Source of the DNA: an uncultured Dehalococcoidia bacterium
Lineage (GTDB): Bacteria; Chloroflexota; Dehalococcoidia; Lucifugimonadales; UBA1123
Direction of reading: 5' to 3'
Assembly (NCBI GenBank): GCA_958296105.1
Contig: OY282441.1
Coordinates: 1,663,585 to 1,727,584, forward strand
Length of the DNA: 64,000 nt
Below, in pieces: positions 25,966 to 34,077 of the stretch (positions within the stretch are counted from its first letter, which is position 1; every line of letters starts with the position of its first letter). Both the position numbers and the translations under genes were made by a program. A model generated the notes under the pieces. That model was not told the DNA's origin and searched no databases. It saw nothing but the letters and a program-made list of their open reading frames with translations.

Positions 25966-27135
25966 CTATCCCTTCGACGCCCTTATCCTGAGCCTTCTCA
26001 AGCCCACTGCGAGACCCAGCGGAGCCAGCAGAAGCGCCATGTTTGCCGCTCCCGTCCCGAAGGACACGGGGCCGACCGAGCCACATGCGCCTCCCGAATC
26101 TCCTGTGTCCGGTGGCGGCGAGGGTGCCTGAGCCCGGGGCGTAGCCGTCGGCGGAGGAACCGGCGTGCTGGTCGGCGGCGGCACTGGCGTAGCAGTCGGC
26201 GGCGGAACCGGCGTGCTGGTCGGCGGCGGCACTGGCGTAGCAGTCGGCGGCGGAACCGGCGTGCTGGTCGGCGGCGGCACTGGCGTAGCAGTCGGCGGCG
26301 GAACCGGCGTGGCAGTGGGCGGCGCTGGTGTAGGCGTGGGCGAAGGAGGCTGCGTGCTGGTCGGCATCGGCGTATGCGTAGCCGTAGGCTCGACCTGCGG
26401 CAGACCCACGAACACGATGTCGAACTGCCGCTCGAAGCCGCCGCTCTCGAACGGAACCGTAGTGCGCGCCTTGTGACCGTCTAGGTAGAACTCCACGTCC
26501 TGCCCTATCAGGCTGACGTCGCCCGGATCGACCAGCAGACCCACGAAGCCGCCGTCGGGCGTCAGCGCGGCAGGCTCGGACTCGTAGCTCCCGATGCGCG
26601 CCACCAGCGCCCCGTCCGCCGGCACCGGCCCGCCGGACACCGACACCACGAAGCCAGACACGAACGTCATCGCGTTGGCGACTGTCGGGGTGGCCGTCGC
26701 CGGCACCGTGGGCGTGGGAGTCGGCGTGTCCGTCGGCACCGCAGTCGGCGTTGGCGTAGGCTCCGGCAGCTTGGCGAAGGTCAAATCGAAGTTGGACTTG
26801 ATGATGGGCAGATTGGTGCGACGGAACACGTCCGTTTGTGTGGCAGGTTCGCCATCCAAGTAGAACATGATCGTCTTGTTCTCATAGTTCCTCCCCTCTC
26901 CGGGGAGAACGTTAAGCGGCCCGTACCGTCCGTTCGAGACGGTCACCGACTCCGAGCGGTAGTCCTCGACCTGCGCATACACGCTGTAGCCGTCCGGCGC
27001 GGGAGCGTCCCCCACCTGCACGGCTCCAGAGTAGATTATTGGGGCAAGCGGAAGCTGCTGGGCTGCGCTCTCCCCAGCAGAGAGGAGGAGCGCCACCAGA
27101 GCAGCCGCCAGCGCCAGCAAACCTTTTGTCTTCAT
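25966..27135 (-). CDS. Secreted cell-surface protein with two ~100-aa repeats, PT-rich linkers and a C-terminal hydrophobic anchor
   Basis: 389 aa. Signal peptide MKTKGLLALAAALVALLLSAGESAAQ, two related domains ending FYLDG..A, (PPTxTPVP)n, and tail GGACGSVGPVSFGTGAANMALLLAPLGLAVGLRRLRIRASKG. Confidence 0.75.
   Translation of the reverse strand: MKTKGLLALAAALVALLLSAGESAAQQLPLAPIIYSGAVQVGDAPAPDGYSVYAQVEDYRSESVTVSNGRYGPLNVLPGEGRNYENKTIMFYLDGEPATQTDVFRRTNLPIIKSNFDLTFAKLPEPTPTPTAVPTDTPTPTPTVPATATPTVANAMTFVSGFVVSVSGGPVPADGALVARIGSYESEPAALTPDGGFVGLLVDPGDVSLIGQDVEFYLDGHKARTTVPFESGGFERQFDIVFVGLPQVEPTATHTPMPTSTQPPSPTPTPAPPTATPVPPPTATPVPPPTSTPVPPPTATPVPPPTSTPVPPPTATPVPPPTSTPVPPPTATPRAQAPSPPPDTGDSGGACGSVGPVSFGTGAANMALLLAPLGLAVGLRRLRIRASKG
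26140..26324. repeat. 48-nt tandem repeat (about 3.5 units) encoding PPTATPVPPPTSTPVP
   Basis: Units at 26156-26203, 26204-26251 and 26252-26299 are identical, with partial units on both sides. Confidence 0.9.
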
Positions 27136-27195
27136 TATGATCTCTTTCCTTTCGGAGTCTTGGATTATGGATGGATAGAACTTCGGTCATTGTTC

Positions 27196-27225
27196 ATTTT
27201 GTCAGCGCCATATGAGCGAGGTCAA
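27196..27225 (-). promoter_or_regulatory. Candidate promoter of the 389-aa surface protein gene
   Basis: On the minus strand, TTGACC (27225-27220), 18 nt, extended -10 TGaCAAAAT (hexamer 27201-27196). Confidence 0.4.
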
Positions 27226-27249
27226 GGGATTGGGGATACAAGAGTGGGA

Positions 27250-27287
27250 CGAAGAAAAGACCTCCCCGCCCGGTGGGGGCGGGGAGG
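27250..27287 (-). terminator. Intrinsic terminator after the 1130-aa surface protein gene
   Basis: Read on the minus strand, an 11-bp perfect stem CCTCCCCGCCC / GGGCGGGGAGG with a 5-nt loop (27287-27261) is followed by TCTTTTCTTC (27260-27251), 77 nt after the stop. Confidence 0.75.
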
Positions 27288-27364
27288 CCGCTTGTGTCTC
27301 GTCTGCTGTCTAGGCGGCGGTCAGGCCGCTTCGACTACGGGGCTGTGACGCCCCCTTGGATTGG

Positions 27365-30300
27365 CTACGGGACTATGAAGCCCGGCTTGGTGGCGTACAC
27401 CCAGTAGCCCTTGCCGATCTCCACGTCCATCGGCTCGACTCTCGACCACGAGTTGTTCACCGTGTCGAAGCCGTAGATGGCGGCTACCGTGCCGGCGGTC
27501 AGGCCGGAGAAGTAGTTGTTCGTGGCTGTCATTTCGGCCAACTCGAAGTCGCCGTCCACGTCGAGGATCGGAACCAGGTTCCAGCCCTGCACGATGTTGA
27601 TCGTGGGCAGCAGCGTTGCCGCGCCAGCCGAAGGCTTGGGGATGTCCACGTTGAGCGCCTCGAAGGAGTCCGTGAGGATCCAGTACGCCCTGCCGGCTTC
27701 GATCGTTTCGAGCGTGCCGGTGAACATCGTGTCTCCGCCGCGCACTGCCGTCAGCCAGCCGCCCGGCATGGACGGATCGTAGCTCAAGACCGTGTCCGCC
27801 GGATGGTCGGCCGGGATGACCGCGTTGACGTCGGTGTCGTCGGGCGTGCCGGGTACGGATATGAGGTTCCAGCCGGGGTTGAGATCCAGCTTGAACTTCT
27901 TGCGCTCGATGATCGTGATGGTGCCCTTGTGAGGCGCGGCGTTCTTGTTGCCAGCCTCGTCCTGGACGACCAGCTCGATCTCATGCTTGCCCAAGGACAG
28001 CCCAGTCGCGCGGTACAGGAAGACGTTCTCGTCCGTGTTGGGATCCAGGCCGTCGGTGATGTCCTCACCGTCCAGGGTGGCGGTCACGATGGTTATGACC
28101 TTGTGAGTGTCGAAGTCCTCGCTCGTGCGCCTGACGTCGTCGTCCTCCTCGGCGTCCCTAGGAGCAATGTAGTACTCGTTGGCTTCGCCGGAGTAGTCGA
28201 TGCGGATGAAAGCGTTGGGGTCGTCGATCTCGAACTTGTCCTGCACTCCGCCCTTGCTGGAGTCGAAGTCGGGAGCGGAGATGTTCTTGTCCCGCTCGAA
28301 CAGGATGGCGGTCGTGTCGTCGTCCACGTCGACGGGCTCGGTCTTGTCGCCGGTCGTGCCGGTGTTGCCTCCGGCGGAGTCGTCAGCGGTCACGTACACG
28401 GTGTACAAGCCGTCCGTGTTGGGCGTGATCTTCGCCGTATGCTCCCTGGCGGACTTGAAATCGACGACGGCGTCGGTCTTTTCGACGCCTATTACCTGCG
28501 TCTCCACGTCGTCGTCAGCGTCGGTATTGCCCTGATCGTCGGTCTCGGACTGGATCAGGTAGTAGGTCACGGTTGGCGAGCCGATGTCCTCGTCGGAGGT
28601 GATGGTTAGGGTCACGGACTCCCTGGTAACCGGGCGGTCGCCTTCGTTTATGGTGACGGTGAGGGTCGGCGCAACGCGGTCGTCCGCGCTGTCGTCCCTC
28701 TGGTCTGTGGTCTGCCTGTTTCCAGCCAGGTCGCGGACCTCGTCCACCAGCTCGACCTTGGGCTGAGCGTTCGGGGACATCTCGCTGACGGTGAGGAACA
28801 CGTAGCCCCTCTTGAGGCCAACGTCCTGCACGCTGTCGCCCAAGATATTGGGGTTGCCGTCCCCGGTGTCCGGGTCTGGGTTGGTACTCGTGGCATTATC
28901 GGTTTGGTAGTCATCCTGGACGGGATTTCCCGCGGTCGTCAGGAACTCGTCGTCGCGCACCGTGACGTTGAACACGTCCGCGCCGAGCGGCGTGGAGTCG
29001 TTGACCTCGAAGTCGCGCGCCTGAACGGTCGACGTGTCCAGATGCTCGTTGAACACCACGAGGATGCTGGTCCGGTCGCCCTTGGTCACGCGGTACTCGG
29101 TCTTGTCGTCGCTGTCGCCGGTGCTGAGGGAGGTGTCCCACCACCTGCCCGTCTCGGCGCGCAGCATGTCGGGCTTGGTACCGTCCACTTCCACCACATA
29201 GGGCTGGCAGCCTTCGAAGTCGCTCTGTGTGAGATCGACGTCCGCATCAGCATTGCAGGGGTTGGAGACGCCGTCCACGTTGGTCTGGCGGTCGGAGTAG
29301 GCTACGTTGCCCGCCTTGTCGGTGGCTTTCACCCACCACTTGAGGGTGGCGTCGCCGCTGGGGTCTTCGTCGCCGGACAGCCGCTGGCGCACCGTGAAGC
29401 CGCCGGAAACGGTGTCGGTATCGCCATCGTCCTCCGGCGTCTTGACGATGAGCGAACCGTCGTCTATCTGGAAGATGACCTGAATGTCTTCCTCGTCGAG
29501 GCCCGAGTCACCGTCGATCGCCTGCGCGCTCACCTCGGGGCGGCTGTTGGTGCCGCGGGTGTTGTGACCGGGGGAGAAGTTGGAGAACACCGGCTTGGTG
29601 GTCTCCACCGTGATGGACTCGGAGCCGTCGGGATGGTTCACCACCACCACGTCGCGCGGGTTGACCGGCAGCGTGGGAATAGGGAGGGAGAAGTCTGGCT
29701 CGACTTCTTCATTGTCGGCATCCCTGGGCTTGATGGTCGCGATCTTCGCCGCGAACTCGCCGGATCTGGCAGTCGTCTCCCGGAGAACGAGGGTCATCCT
29801 CGTCTGATGCGCCTGCGACCTGACCGTGACCGAGGAGCCGGTCTCGTTCTTCTCGGCAGCCCAGTAGATCAAGTAGGTGCTGGCAACCACATTGTGGGCG
29901 CCAGTCAGAGTGATGAACGTGTCGTTGATGAAACGAACCGCATTGCCATCAGCGTGACTGCCGAGTTGGACTTCAGTCACGGTGTTGGCGCTAGGGTCGG
30001 CCACCACTAGGAGGACGTCACTCTTGTTGACGTTGCCGGAGGGGTTGGAGGTCAGGCGGCGGCTAGCGCCAGCGGGGAGGCCACCAGCGCTATCCACGCC
30101 GCTGTCCATCACGGTGTATGTCGATTCGATATTCTCGACACCACTAGCCACCGGTATCGCCTGCGCCATGGCGAAGTCTTTGTAGTTGTCGCCGTCATCG
30201 AACTCGTCGAGGTCGGTGACGACGTCCTTGATCCTGTGCATGGTCACGTCGGAATCGGCTTCGGCGAATGCCCTGTCGAGGGTCACTTCGGTCTGGTCGC

Positions 30301-30757
30301 CGGTGGTGTCGGGGTCGGCATCCGTCACGACCTTCGTGACCTTGCGCACGGTGTAGTCGGAGTTGACATCGGCCAGCAGAACGTAGTCGTCCTTGGCCAG
30401 CAGCTGGTCGCCGTCCGCCGTGTCGTAGTCGACCAGGGTCACGTCAGTCAGCACCTTGGAGTGCGCCTCGATGTCTGCCGTACCCGCATTTTGGGCGTCT
30501 ATGGCCGGTATGAGCACGCGCTTGATGGGCGTGTCAAGGCCGTCGTCCTCGAGGAGGATGCCGATCTCTCCGCCCTGCCGCGCCCACTCCTGATCGTCAG
30601 GGGTGCGGTCGGTCAGCCTGCCGTCGTTGTCGTCGTGTATGTCGTCAGGGTCGATGAACTTGACCTCTCCCGCGCCGAACACCGGAAGGACGGCGAAGAG
30701 TGACAGGATGATCGCCCCGATCACTGCTATGGATATGTATCTCGTCTTACTGTTCAC
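27365..30757 (-). CDS. Giant acidic secreted/cell-surface protein (S-layer-like candidate)
   Basis: 1130 aa. GTG start with AAGGGGG RBS, N-terminal signal/anchor YISIAVIGAIILSLFAVLPVFGAG, a very Asp/Thr-rich body, and a C-terminal pair of GWNL(I/V)..P ... G(R/K)(A/G)YW modules. Confidence 0.8.
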   Translation of the reverse strand: MNSKTRYISIAVIGAIILSLFAVLPVFGAGEVKFIDPDDIHDDNDGRLTDRTPDDQEWARQGGEIGILLEDDGLDTPIKRVLIPAIDAQNAGTADIEAHSKVLTDVTLVDYDTADGDQLLAKDDYVLLADVNSDYTVRKVTKVVTDADPDTTGDQTEVTLDRAFAEADSDVTMHRIKDVVTDLDEFDDGDNYKDFAMAQAIPVASGVENIESTYTVMDSGVDSAGGLPAGASRRLTSNPSGNVNKSDVLLVVADPSANTVTEVQLGSHADGNAVRFINDTFITLTGAHNVVASTYLIYWAAEKNETGSSVTVRSQAHQTRMTLVLRETTARSGEFAAKIATIKPRDADNEEVEPDFSLPIPTLPVNPRDVVVVNHPDGSESITVETTKPVFSNFSPGHNTRGTNSRPEVSAQAIDGDSGLDEEDIQVIFQIDDGSLIVKTPEDDGDTDTVSGGFTVRQRLSGDEDPSGDATLKWWVKATDKAGNVAYSDRQTNVDGVSNPCNADADVDLTQSDFEGCQPYVVEVDGTKPDMLRAETGRWWDTSLSTGDSDDKTEYRVTKGDRTSILVVFNEHLDTSTVQARDFEVNDSTPLGADVFNVTVRDDEFLTTAGNPVQDDYQTDNATSTNPDPDTGDGNPNILGDSVQDVGLKRGYVFLTVSEMSPNAQPKVELVDEVRDLAGNRQTTDQRDDSADDRVAPTLTVTINEGDRPVTRESVTLTITSDEDIGSPTVTYYLIQSETDDQGNTDADDDVETQVIGVEKTDAVVDFKSAREHTAKITPNTDGLYTVYVTADDSAGGNTGTTGDKTEPVDVDDDTTAILFERDKNISAPDFDSSKGGVQDKFEIDDPNAFIRIDYSGEANEYYIAPRDAEEDDDVRRTSEDFDTHKVITIVTATLDGEDITDGLDPNTDENVFLYRATGLSLGKHEIELVVQDEAGNKNAAPHKGTITIIERKKFKLDLNPGWNLISVPGTPDDTDVNAVIPADHPADTVLSYDPSMPGGWLTAVRGGDTMFTGTLETIEAGRAYWILTDSFEALNVDIPKPSAGAATLLPTINIVQGWNLVPILDVDGDFELAEMTATNNYFSGLTAGTVAAIYGFDTVNNSWSRVEPMDVEIGKGYWVYATKPGFIVP

Positions 30758-31001
30758 TTGTACCCCCTTAGGTCTCCGTGATTACAGATGATTATGACCT
30801 TGCGGCTGGTAAACACGCTAGTATCCCCGGAGCGGACCGGTCCACTCCGAGGAGAATCTTCTCGGTAATGACAGAATGCGGTCAGTGCCTGCATCTGCGC
30901 CTCACTTTGGAATTTGACAACGCTAAGATTTGTACACCTTGCCATATCGAGTTGTCAAGGTCTGATCGCCCGTCTCTGGAAGTCAGTTTCGGCGGCAGCT
31001 G

Positions 31002-31113
31002 CCCCATCCCAGCCTTCCCCCAAAGGGGGAAGGGACGAGATGCTCTGTATGAACCTTCACCCGCAGGGGAGAGGATAGCATACTCTCCAAGACCTTCTCC
31101 TACAGGGGGTCTC
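31002..31113. repeat. REP-like palindromic element cluster
   Basis: CCCCATCC-cag-CCTTCCCCC-aaa-GGGGGAAGG-GACG (31002-31037; perfect 9-bp stem at 31013-31033), followed by two degenerate copies: ccttcacccgcaggggagagg (31054-31074) and ccttctcctacagggggtctc (31093-31113). Confidence 0.75.
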
Positions 31114-31192
31114 TGAGAACCGCAAAGTCTCTCCACATGGGCGCTATGCTGATATAATCAGCCTATCCGAACATCAGCTTGCGAGGGGGATT

Positions 31193-31957
31193 ATGAGAGG
31201 CAGCATAGACTTCAACTGCGATATGGGCGAGAGCTTCGGGATGTACAAGATGGGGTTCGACGAGGAGGTGATAAAGCACGTCACCTCGGCGAACATAGCG
31301 TGCGGCTTCCACGCCGGAGATCCGGGCTGGATGCGCAAGACTGTCGAGCTGGCGGAGGAGCGCGGCGTGGCAGTCGGCGCGCATCCGAGCTTCCCGGATC
31401 TGGCGGGGTTCGGACGGCGCAACATGATCGTATCGCCGGAGGAGGCGCGCGATGACGTGGTGTACCAGATGGGCGCGCTCGCGGCGTTCACGCGCGCAGG
31501 CAGGCTTCAGCACGTCAAGCCGCACGGCGCGATGTACAACATGGCGGTGAACGACGAGAGCCTCGCCAGAGCGATATGCGAGGCGGCGCTGTCGGTGGAC
31601 GAGGACATCGCCCTGCTCGCGCTGGCAGGGTCGCGCTGGATCGAGGTCGCCCGAGACATGGGGCTGCGCGTAGGGCGGGAGATATTCGCGGACCGCGCGC
31701 TGAACGCGGACGGAACGCTGGTCGCCAGGTCTCAGCCCGGCTCGGTGATACACGACACGGCGGAGGTGGTCGAGCGCAGCCTGCGCATGGTCACAGAGGG
31801 CAGGGCGGAAGCCATCGGCGGCGAGCTGATAGACGTGGAGGCGGACAGTCTCTGTCTACACGGAGACACGCCGGGCGCGGTGGAGATGGCGCGCGCGCTG
31901 AAGCAGGCGCTGGAGGCCGAGGGCGTGCGCATCCGCCCGCTCGGGGAGCTGGTGTGA
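31193..31957 (+). CDS. pxpA: 5-oxoprolinase subunit A (LamB/YcsF family)
   Basis: 254 aa with IDFNCDMGESFG ... ANIACGFHAGDP ... GAHPSFPD motifs. Confidence 0.92.
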   Translation: MRGSIDFNCDMGESFGMYKMGFDEEVIKHVTSANIACGFHAGDPGWMRKTVELAEERGVAVGAHPSFPDLAGFGRRNMIVSPEEARDDVVYQMGALAAFTRAGRLQHVKPHGAMYNMAVNDESLARAICEAALSVDEDIALLALAGSRWIEVARDMGLRVGREIFADRALNADGTLVARSQPGSVIHDTAEVVERSLRMVTEGRAEAIGGELIDVEADSLCLHGDTPGAVEMARALKQALEAEGVRIRPLGELV

Positions 31958-31964
31958 TCTCCAG

Positions 31965-32453
31965 ATGAACGAGACGAAAGACAGGGCAGCCGAAGAGTCG
32001 CCAAGATACTCCATATGGAGCGTAAACGCAGAGTGGATAGCCGCGTACTTCGTGGCGTTCGAGGCGCTGGGTATCGTCGGGGCCGCGTATATCGTCTGGT
32101 TCCATACGACTCAGCAGACGTCGGATACGCTCCACGAGACGATCACAGCTATCATCATGGGAGTCACCGCGGTCGGCGCGGGGGCGGCTTTCGTGAGCTT
32201 CTTATCAGTGGGAATAGCGAGGCAAATAATGCCACTTGCCGCATTCATGGAATACAAACTGAAGCAGATGAAGATGCGCCGCGAAAGAGAGCTGGCCGAG
32301 GCGAGGGCCGAGGCGAGGGCCGAGGCGAGGGCCGAGGCGAGGGCCGAAGCGAGGGCCGAAGCAAGGGCCGAGGTGCGAGAGTGGAACGACCGCCGTCTGG
32401 CGGCCGAGGCGAGGGGCGAGAAGTTCGACGAGCCGCCGCCAACGCTGGAATAG
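31965..32453 (+). CDS. Small two-TM membrane protein with (EARA)6 coiled-coil tail; founder copy of tandem family 2
   Basis: 162 aa, with its ATG 7 nt after the pxpA stop. TM1 WIAAYFVAFEALGIVGAAYIVWF, TM2 ITAIIMGVTAVGAGAAFVSFLSVGIA, then KLKQMKMRRERELAEARAEARA...VREWNDRRLAAEARGEKFDEPPPTLE. Confidence 0.7.
   Translation: MNETKDRAAEESPRYSIWSVNAEWIAAYFVAFEALGIVGAAYIVWFHTTQQTSDTLHETITAIIMGVTAVGAGAAFVSFLSVGIARQIMPLAAFMEYKLKQMKMRRERELAEARAEARAEARAEARAEARAEARAEVREWNDRRLAAEARGEKFDEPPPTLE
32295..32366 (+). repeat. 12-nt in-frame microsatellite (gccgaggcgagg) x6 encoding (AEAR)n
   Basis: Six consecutive units, the last two with single substitutions. Confidence 0.9.
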
Positions 32454-32833
32454 ACGGCTCGATCCACGAGACGATCACAGCCATCATCATGGGAGTCGGC
32501 GCGGTCGGCGCGGGGGCGGCTTTCGTGAGCTTCTTATCAGTGGGAATAGTGAGGCAAATAATGCCACTTGCCGCATACATGGAATACAAACTGAAGCAGA
32601 TGAAGATGCGCCGCGAGAGAGAATTCGCGGAGGCGCTGGACGCAGCCGTGGCCAAGGCGGTGGCCAAAGCTATGAACGAGGCGGTGACCGAAGCCGTGGC
32701 CACGGCGGTGACCGAAGCGAGGGCCGAAGCGAGGGCCGAAGCAAGGGCCGAGGTGCGGGAGTGGAACGACCGCCGTCTGGCGGCCGAGGCGAGGGGCGAG
32801 AAGTTCGACGAGCCGCCGCCAACGCTGGAATAG
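32381..32833 (+). CDS. Tandem family 2, copy B (lacks TM1; start uncertain)
   Basis: Homologous from HETITAIIMGVGAVGAGAAFVSFLSVGIV... to ...EKFDEPPPTLE, with the repeat tract replaced by AEALDAAVAKAVAKAMNEAVTEAVATAVTEARAEARAEARAE. Candidate starts are GTG 32381 (overlapping copy A) or ATG 32489. Confidence 0.5.
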   Translation: MERPPSGGRGEGREVRRAAANAGIDGSIHETITAIIMGVGAVGAGAAFVSFLSVGIVRQIMPLAAYMEYKLKQMKMRREREFAEALDAAVAKAVAKAMNEAVTEAVATAVTEARAEARAEARAEVREWNDRRLAAEARGEKFDEPPPTLE

Positions 32834-33177
32834 ACGGCTCGATCCGAGATACGATCACAGCCATCATCATGGGAGTCACCGCGGTCGGCGCGGGGGCGGC
32901 TTTCGTGAGCTTCTTATCAGTGGGAATAGCGAGGCAAATAATGCCACTTGCCGCATACATGGAATACAAACTGAAGCAGATGAAGATGCGCCGCGAAAGA
33001 GAGTTCGCGGAGGCGCTGGACGCAGCCGTGGCCAAGGCGGTGACCAAAGCGAGGGCGGAAGCCGTGGCCGAGACGAGGGCCGAAGACGAGGCGCAGGTGC
33101 GGGAGTGGAACGACCGCCGTCTGGCGGCAGAGGCGAGGGGCGAGAAGTTCGACGAGCCGCCGCCAATGCTGGAATAG
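32761..33177 (+). CDS. Tandem family 2, copy C (lacks TM1; start uncertain)
   Basis: 138-aa ORF from the track. Same architecture with tract AEALDAAVAKAVTKARAEAVAETRAEDEAQ. An alternative ATG lies at 32869. Confidence 0.5.
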   Translation: MERPPSGGRGEGREVRRAAANAGIDGSIRDTITAIIMGVTAVGAGAAFVSFLSVGIARQIMPLAAYMEYKLKQMKMRREREFAEALDAAVAKAVTKARAEAVAETRAEDEAQVREWNDRRLAAEARGEKFDEPPPMLE

Positions 33178-33219
33178 ACGGCTCGATCCGAGATACGATC
33201 ACAGCCATCGGCGCGGGGG

Positions 33220-33255
33220 CGTCCCTTCCCCCTGTGGGGGAAGGTTAGGATGGGG
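33220..33255. repeat. REP-like palindromic element, inverted relative to 31002-31037
   Basis: CGTC-CCTTCCCCC-tgt-GGGGGAAGG-tta-GGATGGGG. Its reverse complement matches the 31002 element arm for arm, including the CCCCATCC flank. Confidence 0.75.
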
Positions 33256-33284
33256 GATCGAATCGCGTCCAAAGCACCGAGAAA

Positions 33285-33977
33285 GTGAGTCACCAAGTGC
33301 CAACATACGACAACCCGCTGTTCATGCCCGCCGGCGATCGGGCGGTGGTCATGGAGCTTGGATCGGGGATAGATCCCGATCTGAACGCGCTCGTCCACCG
33401 CTGGGCGGCGATGATCGAGGGCGCGCAGGTCGAGGGCGTGGTGGAGACGGTGCCGACCTACGCATCGCTGCTGATCCACTACGACCCGCTGCTGACTGCG
33501 CTCGACGATCTCGAAGAGGCGCTGCTGACGCTCGACGGCGCTGAACATGGCGAGGGCGAGGCGTCCGCCGTCCGCAACGTGGTCGAGCTTCCGACCGTGT
33601 ACGGCGGAGAGCATGGCCCAGACCTTGCGGACGTGGCTCGGAACGCGGGCATGAGCGAGTCCGAAGTCGTCGAGCTGCACTCCGCCACCGACTATCTCGT
33701 CTACGCGATGGGGTTCAGCCCCGGCTTTCCATATCTCGGCGGGCTGGACCCTAGGCTCGCCACGCCCAGACTCAGCACGCCGCGAACGCTCATCCCCGCT
33801 GGATCGGTCGGAATAGCGGAGACGCAGACGGGCGTCTACCCGGTGGCCAGTCCGGGCGGCTGGAGGCTCATCGGCAGGACGCAGACGCGACTGTTCGATC
33901 CACGCGCCAACCCGCCCTCGGTCATCACACCCGGAGACAGGGTGAGGTTCGTTCAGATCAATGACGCGGGAGAGTAG
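33285..33977 (+). CDS. pxpB: 5-oxoprolinase subunit B (KipI / allophanate hydrolase subunit 1 family)
   Basis: 230 aa with FMPAGDRAVVMELG ... ETVPTYASLLIHYDP ... GFSPGFPYLGGL ... YPVASPGGWRLIGRT. GTG start. Confidence 0.9.
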   Translation: MSHQVPTYDNPLFMPAGDRAVVMELGSGIDPDLNALVHRWAAMIEGAQVEGVVETVPTYASLLIHYDPLLTALDDLEEALLTLDGAEHGEGEASAVRNVVELPTVYGGEHGPDLADVARNAGMSESEVVELHSATDYLVYAMGFSPGFPYLGGLDPRLATPRLSTPRTLIPAGSVGIAETQTGVYPVASPGGWRLIGRTQTRLFDPRANPPSVITPGDRVRFVQINDAGE

Positions 33978-34077
33978 CGGATGACTAAGTACGCAGAAGG
34001 GCGGCGCGCAGATCCGATAGGCGAATTCGCGACGGACTGCGGGCGCGGGTATCCGGAAGACGTGGGCGGCGTGTCCA

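Larger units (their letters stand above)
32131..33209 (+). repeat. Tandem duplication, about 3 units of 344-380 nt, plus a truncated 4th start
   Basis: Unit boundaries are marked by ggaatagacggctcgatcc(a/g)(c/a)gag(a/at)acgatcacagccatc at 32447, 32827 and 33171. The last unit breaks off into the REP-like element. Confidence 0.85.

Noticed and set aside
25948-26484. 178-aa plus-strand ORF with RRNRRAGRRRHWRSS repeats
   Set aside because: It is the antisense reading of the 48-nt PT-linker repeat of the surface protein gene.
30758-31192. Small ORFs 30778-31116 (+) and 30882-31136 (-) in the AT-richer gap
   Set aside because: Their translations (…PAFPQRGKGRD…, …PFPLWGKAGMG…) are simply readings of the REP-like palindromes. 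There is no RBS or start context, so the region is better explained as promoter plus REP cluster.
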